A stretch of 64,000 nt of DNA, taken from positions 88,722,001-88,786,000 of the forward strand of contig OZ024747.1 in NCBI GenBank assembly GCA_964016885.1, read 5' to 3'. This DNA is from Eledone cirrhosa. Its lineage: Eukaryota. The position numbers were made by a program, and so were the translations under genes. Below, piece by piece: positions 37,601 to 49,600 of this stretch (within the stretch, counting starts at the first letter, position 1; the number at the start of each line of letters is the position of its first letter). A model generated the notes under the pieces. That model was not told where the DNA came from, searched no databases, and was given only the letters and a program-made list of their open reading frames with translations.

Positions 37601-40600
37601 GTCATGATAAAATGCTCCCAGTCCATGCTGTAAAGTGGTTGGTGTTAGGAAGGGCATCCAGCATAGAAACCATGCCTCCAGTATACGCTGTAGAGTGGTT
37701 GGCATTAGGAAGGGAATCCAGCCATAGAAACTAGACCAAACTAGCAGGACTTAAGTCATCTGATTTGTCTGGCTTCAACAGCTGACAGCTATCTAATCCA
37801 TGCATGCATTGAAAATAGATGAAAATGCTGAAAGGATTTAGCAGAAAATATCTAAAAACAAGGTTTATTAATTTAAATTTTCATTGTATTTTTACTAGTG
37901 GATAGATTGTTGTGAAAATCTAAAGTATTAGATTAAAGACTTTTCAAGAATGACTTGCTAATGTGGTTTCATGTGGTGCAGGATGTTAAAAATTAATTAT
38001 TGATACTGTTTTATCCAATTTTAGGGAGGTATTAATGCTGCTCTTGGTAATATGGAAGAGGATGACTGGCGTTATCATTTCTATGACACAGTAAAAGGCT
38101 CAGATTGGCTTGGAGATCAAGATGCCATCAGTTATATGTGTGAAGAGGCACCGAAAGCTGTTATTGAGGTAAGTTTCTTAATTTTCTTTCAATACTAGAA
38201 TGGAATATTTGGACAAAGTGTTTAGTAAAAGGATTGCAGTGGAGAAAAATCGAGTATTAGTTCAAATTTTGGCTAGACCAGAAGATGGTGTTAGGGTTGT
38301 TGGGCAGGCAAGCCAATTGCCATGGGCCTAAAATTTTGTGGCCTACATGCTTCAAGTGCTAGTTCTATTCTGATAAGTTCCTTGCAAGAAGATAATATAG
38401 ACTACATGTTTATACCTGTAACCCATACATAAATCATGTATATTTAGCACTGATTAACTAAAGTACTTAAAGAGCAAGTTGAAATGGGGACGCTCTCACT
38501 TTCTTCCACTGACATAACATAGTGGCAAATTAGCACATTTAGATTGTAGGACAAAATGTTTTGTGGTATTTATTCAAGCTCACTGCACTCTGCATTCAAA
38601 TAGAGCCAAGGTCAACTTTGCCTTTCATATTTTAGGTTGATAAAATAAAATACCAAGCACAAATGAGCACTCATTAAACTATAAGACAAAATGCTATGTA
38701 GTATTTGTTCAAACTCACTGTATTCTGAGTTCAAAACTTAATCCATTACTTAGTTAATACCATCACCTGGTTCTTCATAAGTGTTTTAGTAGAGTTCATT
38801 CTGGTGTAGTTATTCCATTGGTTGTTTCAAACATCAGTTTATAATAAAAAAGTTATTTAAATTACTAAATCCTTCCAAATTCTTGACTACTTTCAGGATT
38901 ATTTGAAAGTCAGGTAGTATCTTTTATTAGGAATATGGTAACAAAAGAGTTAAAACTATATTTTGAAATTATTTCCTTATAGTTAAAATATATATTTTTT
39001 TGTGAGGATATTTTTTATATTTTTTTTCAATTTTAATTATTTTTCTTTTTTTTTTTGCCATGCTTAGCTGGAAAATTATGGTATGCCTTTCAGTCGTTTG
39101 GAAAATGGTAAAATATATCAACGTGCATTTGGTGGTCAGAGTTTGAAGTATGGAAAAGGTGGTCAAGCACATCGCTGTTGCTGTGTTGCTGACAGGACTG
39201 GGCATTCTTTGCTACATACTTTATATGGAAGGGTATGTAAAGGTTTATCTTTCTGCTTATCTTTCTTTGCTAACTGTTTCACACCTCTGCTTCTCTCTTT
39301 TTATCAATTTTCTATCTCTTTAATATTATCTCATATCCTTGTCTGATGCATCTCACTCTCTCATTATTTCTTTGACATTAGTTGTAAATTTGTAGGCATA
39401 ACTGCATATTTTAGTACGAAGTATGTTTGTGTATATGTGGCCGTCTACTTTGTGTATGTGTGTGCATACATGCATTGGTGTCTTTGTATGTGTGTTTTCA
39501 AGTGAAAACCAACAGGTGCATGTGTTTTTATTGGCAGTATGACCCTCCCAAAGTATAGCAATATCTGTTTCAATACACGTTTTCACATAAGAAATCTTGC
39601 AAAACAAATTAAAAAACGAAGTATATATATATATATAACAGCAGTACAAGTCAGCAGCAGCGTAGTAAGTAAGGCAATCAAAGATATGAAGATGGGGAAG
39701 GCAACCGGTCCATCGGGTATAGCTGCCGAGATGCTGAAGGCATCTGGGTCTGTAGGTCACACTATAACCACACGTATTGTTAACCAGGTAATACTAGAAG
39801 GTGTTATACCAAAAGATTGGTGCAGTAGCATAATTGTCAACTGCTACAAAGGTAAAGGTGATGCACTCGATAGAGGAAACTATAGAGGTATAAAGCTGAT
39901 GGACCAGGTCATGAAAGTAACAGAAAGAGTTATAGCACAGTTGATTAGGGACCGGGTGAAACTAGATGAGATGCAATTTGGGTTTGTACCAGGAAGAGGC
40001 ACCACTGATGCCCTCTTCCTTGTGAGGCAGTTACAGGAAAAGTACCTAGCTAAAAGTAAGCCACTCTACCTGGCATTCGTCGATCTCGAGAAAGCCTTCG
40101 ACAGAGTTCCACATGCTGTAATCTGGTGGGCTCTTAGAAATCTAAGAGTAGATGAATGGCTTGTGAAAGCTGTACAAGCCATGTATAGGGGAGCAGTCAG
40201 CAAAGTTAGGATTAGCAATGAGTATAGCGAGGAATTTAGTGTACAGGTTGGGGTCCACCAGGGCTCTGTTCTTGGCCCTCTCCTGTTCATCATAGTCCTG
40301 CAGGCAATAACGGAGGAGTTTAAGACCGGATGCCCATGGGAACTCCTGTATGCAGATGACCTCGCACTCATAGCTGAATCTATGGTAGAACTAGAGAAGA
40401 AATTCCAAACTTGGAAGCAGGGACTAGAAAGAAAGGGTCTCAAAGTCAACATGACAAAGACTAAGGTCCTTGTAAGTAGACGAGAAAACAGAACCCAGAT
40501 CCCCTCAGGGAAATGGCCTTGCTCAGTATGTAGGAAAGGTGTTGGTAGGAACTTCATTCTCTGCCCCAAATGCAAACAATGGTTACACAAGAGATGTAGC

Positions 40601-43600
40601 GGGATCTCAGGAAGCTTAATTAAGAATGTAGGCTTCACATGCAGCAGCTGTACTGGGACAGCAAGCAGCAAACAGCCACAGGAAACAAGTACCACCAATC
40701 TCTGGGAGGGCTCTGTAGAAACAGTAGACAGCTTCTGCTACCTAGGTGCCCGAATTAGCAGCGGAGGTGGGTGTTCAGAAAGTACAATAACTAGGGTAAG
40801 AACGGGATGGAAGAAGTTTAGGGAACTACTACCACTGCTAGCTGCAAAAGGCTTCTCCCTCAAAATGAAAGGCAGACTGTATGATGCGTGTATCCGAACA
40901 GCAATGTTACATGGTAGTGAGACCTGGGCGCTGAAGGTGGAAGACTTACGTAGATTAGAGAGAAACGAAGCCTGCATGCTCCGATGGATGTGTAATAGTA
41001 ATATACGCGAACGACAAAGCATAAATGAATTGAGAGAGAGACTGAGCATAAGAGGAATCAAATGCTGTGTGCAGGAGAGGCGGATGCGTTGGTATGGACA
41101 TGTGATGCGTATGAAGGATGACAGCTGCATAAAAAGGTGCAGAGCACTAGAAGTCGATGGAAACCGTGGAGTGGGGAGACCCAAGAAGACCTGGGATGAG
41201 TGATAAAAGCCGACCTTACCCAATTACACCTCTCAAAGGCGATGACACACAACCGTGACCTCTGGCGTCACGCAGTAATACAGAGTACCCGACCTCCCAT
41301 GGGTACAAGCTGAAGCATATAGACAATATGCCCCCACACCCTCCCACTGCAAGGTGGTTGTAGGCGCCACGAAAAAGCACCCAGCACTCACTGTAAATGA
41401 GGTTGGTGTTAGGAAGGGCATCCAGCTGTAGAAATCAAGCCAAATCAGTTCCTGTATGAGCAAGGCATGGTCAGCCGACCAGACACTGCCCACAACAGGA
41501 CAACCCGTCTAACCCATGCTAGTGTGGAAGAACGGACGTAAAACGGTGATGATGATGATGACACGCACACACACATATATAAGTAGATATATATATAAAT
41601 CTACTTAATGTATGTATTTTTTCTTTTTAGTCTCTTATGTATGAGACAGAGTACTTTGTTGAATATTTTGCATTGGATTTGATCATGGAAGATGGTGAAT
41701 GTCGTGGAGTGATTGCTCTTTGCCTTGAAGATGGCTCTATTCATCGAATCCGTGCCAAGAACACAGTCATTGCAACTGGGTGAGCATTTTTATTTTAGAG
41801 CCAATATAATTATTTCTAATCTTTGATTTTTTTTTTGATTTATTTAACTCTTAACATTCTGTAATGATTTAGCAGAAAATATATAAAAATGGGCTTTATT
41901 AAAATATTTAAAGTATCTTCATTAGTGGATAGATTTTTGTGAAAATTTGCAGTGTTAGAGTCAAGTTTCATGTGGTTCGAGATGTTAAGAATTAAACTTT
42001 ATTGGGGAAAAGATAGAGCATTGAAGATGTATTGCTGCTACCTGACATAGGTGTTAGTATGACGATTTACTCCCTGAAATTAAATCCCTATGCTTTTCTG
42101 GTACAATTGTTAGACAAGTTAGCTTCTTTTATTTGTTTCAATTCATTGCATTCTGAATTCAAATCTCATTGTGGTAGACTTACTGTCGCCTAGTTTACCA
42201 CCACCATCTAGCCATTGGGTGGTAGACATAATCTTTTGACCAGTTTAACAATACCAACTGGTCCTTGGTTGGTAGACTTAATCTGTTGTCCAGTTCAATG
42301 CAGCAACCTGTCTCTTTGGCAGTAGACTTAATCTGTTGCCCAGTTTAATACCACAAGCATTCAGAACAGGCCTCCATTTTGGAGATACATCCCTCCCCCT
42401 ATCTTGGAGGCCCTGAAAAAGCCATTGCCTTTTTCCATTTAACTAAACAGAAAGAAAAAAATGTATCCACAAATGGTAGGTTGTGATTTGAGGAAGATTT
42501 GGCTGATGTTTCTAGCAGGTATAGCAACCATGTAGAGGCTCTGTTGTTGACTTGTTATCACTGCTTTTATTGCTTAATGTTTGTTTGTATGTTGCGAAGT
42601 TGTTTATTTATTTTGGATTATACTTTTACTTTCCAGTGGTTACGGAAGGACGTACTTCTCCTGTACCTCAGCCCACACCTGTACTGGTGATGGTACAGCA
42701 ATGATCAACAGGGCTGGTCTGTGCAATGAAGATTTGGAGTTTATTCAATTTCACCCAACAGGTAAATATATATCTTTTGTTTTTACATATTCCAAGTCAT
42801 ATGATGCTTAGGGCAATTAAATATGAACCCTTTTGATACAAAACTACCTGAAACCACCCCTGGTTCTTTAATACAAAGCTGGTTATCTTAGTATTTAGAT
42901 TTATCTAAAAGCCTTTCATCATAATTTTATATAAGAACTTTTCGATTATGTTCCAAACACTAACTTAATGAGATAGTTATTTATATCATTAAATACTTCC
43001 ACACAGTTATGACTTCACCTTGTAACTAAATAATTGTTTCTACTTTAGGCACAAGGCCAGCAAATTACCCAGTGCATTACTGGTACTTTATTTTATCGAC
43101 CCCGTAAGGATGAAAGGCAAAGTCAACCTCGGCGGGATTTGAACTCAGATCGTAAAGGGACGTAACTATGCTGGAAAGCATGGTGTCTGACCCTCTACCG
43201 ATACTGCCAATCCCTAAATAATGCAAGATATTTTGTTTTGTGCTCTACTGATTCTTTGTTATATACTGTGTTTGTGATAATGCTAATATTTGTGAATGTT
43301 TTTCTCAAGGTATATATGGTGCTGGCTGTCTGATCACTGAAGGATGCCGTGGTGAAGGTGGCTATTTGATTAATGGCGAAGGTGAACGTTTTATGGAACG
43401 TTATGCACCTAATGCTAAAGATCTTGCTTCTCGTGATGTAGTGTCTCGTGCCATGACCATTGAAATTCGTGAAGGCAGGTGAGTATCATATGCTATAACA
43501 TTTTTTACTTAAATCATTACTAGTGGATGCAGGTTCAGATATTTGCATCAGAGGTTCGATTCCACTGTGTTACACCTTGGACAAGTGTATTCTACCATAA

Positions 43601-46600
43601 CTTATAGTTGCAACATGTCTCCCTCTAACTCTTTCTCTCTTAGCGTTTGTGTCAGTCAGCTAGAGAAACAGAAAATAACGTACGTTAATGAAAAAAAGAT
43701 AGTTGCAAATAAATTTTATGTATACAAAACTCAAAACTTCACATTCACGAGTTTCTTCCCATCTATACAATTTCTAGTACTATCCAAAGACAAACTTTAC
43801 ATGTCATTTGACTCAGGATAGTGAATACATTGTAAGAAAGAAAGTGAAAAAACAAAGAGGGTCCCTACTAAGATAATATAATCCTCTTCCCAATCACATC
43901 TCAACTAAATTATTCACTGGGTGTTTTGGAAGTGGGAGAATATTGACAGTGGTGCATGTAAAGTATATTGTAGAAGCCTTGATTATATCTGGTTTAGTTA
44001 AGGTACCCCCAAATCCTAAGTGTTGTAAGAGGCGACTAAAAGGTATTCTTTCTGTGTATCTGGGTTAGCTTAGGTACTCCATATCCTGAATGTTGTAAGA
44101 AGCCATTAAACAGGGCCTCAATAAGTATGAAGTCTGCAAGGCTAATCTATCCTTTATCTAAGAAAATAGTCTTAAAATGCGTGTTGTTGCTGTTACCTTG
44201 TAATTTTATTAAAGCTAACATTTTGTCTCACTTTGATTTCATCTTCTCAGGGGTGTTGGTCCTGATAAAGACCACGTCTTTCTACAACTGTCCCATTTAC
44301 CTGCAGAAGTTCTTCAGGCTCGTTTACCAGGAATCTCTGAAACTGCTATGATATTCGCTGGTGTTGATGTCACCCGTGAGCCAATCCCAGTCTTACCTAC
44401 TGTACATTACAACATGGGAGGTGTTCCAACAAACTACAAGGGACAGGTTAGTTAGGGATTACTTCTCTCTCTCTTTCTCTCTCTGATACCCATTATTGCT
44501 TGGCTTTTGAATAGCCCAATATTACCCAGTGGATGGGCATTGGAGTAAAATCTTTTTTTATCAGTAGCTTCCAATACAACCAATTTTCATATTCCACTAG
44601 GTTTCAAACAAACTACATGTTGTAAAATCTATTTGTTGTGCCCTCCTTCCCCTCCCCGCCTCTTCTACCTGTATGTAACCATGCTTTTTGTGATTTTTGT
44701 TAAATGGGGATGATAATGATTCTGTTTTTATAAATTAGAGACTGGAAGATTCCTAGAGTCGGACTTTAATAAAAAAATAAATAAATAAATAAATAAATAA
44801 AAAAATAAAAATAATAATAATAAATAAAGTGTGTATATATGTAAAACATGTCTTATAGCATGCAGGGTTAGAATAAATACATTGTATCCTTGCATATCAT
44901 AAGTAGTGACTTAAAGGGTTGACACCAGGAAGAACAATCTGGTTATAAAACATTGCTTCAAAAAGGACTCCATAATCTATAAAATCTGTCATAGGCTTGC
45001 AAGGCTAAACCCTGCTTTGGCAGGGAAACTGACTTTAAAACACTTGTTGTTGTTGTATGTGTATGAATTTGTTGTTTATTTTCATAAATAGGTTATTACA
45101 TACAGACCAGAAACTGGAGATGTTATTATTCCTGGTCTCTATGCCTGTGGAGAAGCTGCTTGTGCTTCTGTTCATGGAGCTAATCGTCTTGGAGCTAACT
45201 CATTGTTGGATCTGGTTGTGTTTGGTCGGGCATGTGCCAACACCATAGCTGAAGAGAATAAACCTGGAGAAACTATTGGCAAGATTTCGCAGGTAGGTTG
45301 TCCTTTTCTTTACTATAACATGTCACTAGTTATTATTGTTTATTACTCAGCTCAACTGTATTTCAGCAAACATATAGTTACTAGTTGTTATTGTTGTTTC
45401 ATCCTTGCTGTACCATGAGTCTGTTGTTATTGTTGTTTATTTCTCAGCTCAACAGTATTTCAGCAAACATGATCAAAGGATTTTCACTGACGATGATCCT
45501 TTCTTTCTTTTTTTTTCATATATTGTGTCGTCAGAACTACATTATCTAATACATCTTTCCTGTTTTAAGATAATAGGGTGTCATTAGTGGAACATTTGAC
45601 TACTATTTCTAGCAGGTCAAACAAAGACCTTTGGAAATTTGGTTTTTAGATACAGATTGTAAGCTATCTCTAGTTATGTGGACAGTGTGGTACAGTGATT
45701 CATATGCAACTCAAATCATGGGGGTGTGGGGCCAGCAGAAGAACTCAAATCAAGGAGCTGAGCTGTCAGTAGAAGTCTTAAGAGGGCTGTATTAGGTGAG
45801 GTACCCAAATGTAGATATATCTCTCAGCCTCCACACTATCATCCTTTGAATGTTCATTTCATCCTGTTTGTCTGGGAGGGCATGTTTTCTCCAGTACCAT
45901 TCATTACCAATCATCACTTATAGATTTCTTTTAGTTGAAATCCTCACATGGGCTTGGAGAAGACAGCAGGAAAGTATTCTAGTGTATTGTTCTATTTCAC
46001 ATTTTATGAGCCTGGAGAAGATAACAGGAAAATACTCCAATGTTTTGTTTTATGTCACACGTGGCCTGGAGAAAACAGTTGAGTCCACCTAGCTTTTGAT
46101 TTGAGTTAATAGAAAAAATATCTATAACAAGCAAAGTTTGTACTGATATGATTTCTGTGTGATGATGTTATGAGGTGAAGACTGAGATGTGGCTTTACTA
46201 ACCTGTGTGTGCTATAACTTGGTCCTGGCAGCCTGCCTGAAACAGCAGACTGTCACAGCCTAAGTTTCTTGTCCAGCCTCTCAGAGCATAGTGAGTTTAA
46301 GGAATGCAGCTGAGATCAACGTACCCCTAGGGTTTAATCATAGCTATATTTAGTGCTCACATCATAGCTTTGTTGGTCTGCAATTCATACCTGTTATGAT
46401 AATATTGCTACAGATTCTTTTGATTTGGGAAAGACTAGCAAAGATATTGCCAATGTAATGCTTTTTTTGTTATATTTTGAGGGTTTCTTTCTTTTGTAAG
46501 TAAAAAAGAAAATGTTAAATTCTGACTTGGCTGCATGGTTAACTGTTATGTAGATTATTGTATTTTATATTATTGTTAGGAAGCTCAGTAGCTGACAAAG

Positions 46601-49600
46601 TGTGAGATTCCACTACTCTCAAGTATGGTTTGTGACCTTAATCAGACTGTGATGTTGCAGTTACTTTGCCTCTATGGCAGAATAAAATTGAAAAAATAAA
46701 GAAAAAAAACATGGTTATGGCAATTTTAGTATTGTCAATGATTGTCTCAGATCTCATGTTCTGTACTCCATGAAACCTAGACATTCTTGAAAAGTACAAA
46801 ATATGACTATAACTGTATCATTAAAAAAGTTTTTACTTTAGTTTTCTCAACAATCTGTCCACTAGTAAAGATGCTATAAACATTTAAATTTACTAACTTG
46901 TTTTTAGATATTTTTGATGAAATCATTACCGAATGTTAAGATTTAAGCTAAGGTCATTTCTGATCAAGCTGACCTATGGCAGCTAGATAATTGGTGTGAT
47001 AGTTGTCACATGTACTTTGTATGCCTTTAGATTCAACTTGTGGCTACAGAAAAAGCAAGTAAGCTGGACTCTAGAGTGCTGCAATTACTATTCCAGGCAA
47101 TGGTTGCTGTTCTTAGTTGTTATGCAATGATGTACAATAATCCAGTGTGATAAGTTAAATTGTTGAATTTTTTATTAATTCTCTTAAATGTTATGTTTTT
47201 TTCAGAATGCTGGTGAAGCATCTGTTGCCAACCTAGACAAATTGCGTCATGCCAATGGCTCTATCTCAACAGCTGATTTACGTCTTAAGATGCAGAAGGT
47301 AATTTACTTTGCATTATTTTGTTGAGTTCTGTGTTAGATCATCATCATCATCGTTTAACGTCCATCTTCCATGCTAGCATGGTTAGATATTATAACAAAA
47401 TGAAATTTGGTGGTGGTTGTTGTTGTGTAGTCCCAGCTCAACCCTGACTAAGCAGACCTATGACCAAATGTATTTCAGCCATGACTACTCTGCCATCTAG
47501 GATTACATTATCTAATGTGTTCATCCATTTTGAAGACAATAGCATGTAGATTCAGAAAAATTTGGCTGGTATTTTTAGCCGGGAAAGTGACCATACAGAG
47601 GATCCCCCATTGGTTTGTTATAATTTGGATATTGTTGAGAGAAATTATTAGGGCTCAGTGCAGTCTTCTATAGTATTTGGTTCTATTAAAAAATGCTTTT
47701 GTCTTTGGTTTGTAACTTCTCTAAATGATTGGTGGGTGAGTTGTTGTTTAGCTCTTACTCAGCTCTGGAAAGTAAACCTATGTTCTAAGGCATTCCAGCC
47801 ATGACTGTCACATCTTATATTTCAGATGTGGTGTATCTTGAACTACACTATCAAATATATCCTTTCCTTTTTTTTAAGATGGTGAGGGAAATTTGACTGC
47901 TATTTATAACAGCGCATCTGTCTTTTTTATTGGGTTAGAGACAATCATGTTGTTTCCCTCTCTGTTTCAGGCCATGCAAGCTCATGCTGCAGTATTCCGA
48001 GAAGGTGACACTTTGAAGAAAGGATGTGATGTAATGGATACCATTTATAGTGAGATGAATGATCTGAAAGTGAGTATTTTTTCACCTTATATCTGGCAGA
48101 TATATGTGTGTGTATAATGTCCTGTTCTGTGGTGGAATACGTTATCAAGATTATTTTTGTATCTCCAGGTGAGTGATCGTGGACTAGTTTGGAATACAGA
48201 TCTTATTGAGACATTAGAACTACAAAATCTCATGTTGAATGCAGTGCAGGCTATCCATTCTGCTGAAAATAGAAAAGAATCTCGTGGGGCTCATGCCAGG
48301 GAGGATTTCAAAGTAAGTATTGTTGTACATCTCTAATTGCTCTTCTCTTTTTCTGTTCTACTAAAGTTAAAAGGTAAGCTTTTGCATGATTATAAAGACC
48401 CAGTTTCATTATTGCTATTTATATGGTGGTGTTTTTTGTTTAACCCTAGGACCACATTATCCAGTATGTTCTTTTCTAAGACAGTTATGATTTTAGGGTG
48501 ATTTTATTGTTATTTCTAGCAGGTTGAGCACCCATACAAAGGCTCCCTTATTGGTTTGTATTTATATGGTCTCCTTAAAAAGACAAGGGTCTCTATCGTA
48601 AAAAAATTTAGTTGTGTTATTAGTATTTATTTTACTGGGATCTACCAGTTACTAACTTGTGAGACAAGTCAGATCAGATGATTATGTCTTGCTCACACAG
48701 AACTGTTTCTGGCTTGGTTTCTACAGCTGGATGCCCTTCCTAATGCCAACCACATTTACACAGCATGGATTGGGTGCTTTTTATCGTGGCACCAAAACGA
48801 CCAACTGACAAGTTCGACTGGGTGGATTTTGTCGTGTCATGGACATGACCACTTTACAGGGTGGACTTGGTGCTTTTTGTCATATCATCAACATGACTAC
48901 CTTATAGGGTAGGATGGAAGCTTTTAACCATTTCAGTAGTATTGTGAGGGAGCGTGTCCAGCTTTCTATGCTTGTATGCATGGGTTGGACAAGCGAAGTT
49001 TATCAGCTGTGGAATATGCATGTATGCAGGAAGGGGATTGGAGAGGTAGGTCTAAGGCGGGGTACTTAGCTGGTGATGGATGGAGTGTTAAGACATGGGA
49101 GGTGTAGACAAAGTGCTTTTTGTTGTGGCAGCATCATTACGAGAAGGGGAGAAGATTTGGAGCTTATACTACTTCCATGCTTGCATGTAGGGGTTGAGCA
49201 TGATTAGAGAGGCACCATGAGAGTGTGTTTGGTGAGGAGGGAGTATGCAAGTTGAACATGGATGGGTTGGGTGGCTGTTTATATCTATATATATTATTCA
49301 TAACCTACACTGTATTGATAATCTTGTAATGGTAATAATTATGCTACTATTAATAAATTCTGTTGTTTTAAATATTGGGTGTTGGTGGTAGTGTATATCT
49401 GAATTTGTTGAGCAAGATGGAGTAGTTACAGTAAGATTTGGCTAATCTTTCCAGCAGGTCAACTGATGATGATAACTAAAAGAAATTGTATTGTTTACAA
49501 TATTTTGATTGCTATCAATGAAATTTCAAATTCTTGATTTATTTATTGAAACCTAAATAACATCCTGAGACATTTCCACTGTTTAAGTTTAATGTATGAA

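Noticed and set aside
39539-39640. N-terminal part of the 554-aa ORF as a PLE-RTE fusion protein
   Set aside because: Chance read-through from a pLTR fragment and (TA)n into a 5'-truncated RTE; the RTE homology starts near 39640
40066-41252. Long antisense ORFs over the RTE (and likewise over the ZNF at 62146-62989)
   Set aside because: Shadow ORFs of real coding sequence with no independent motifs
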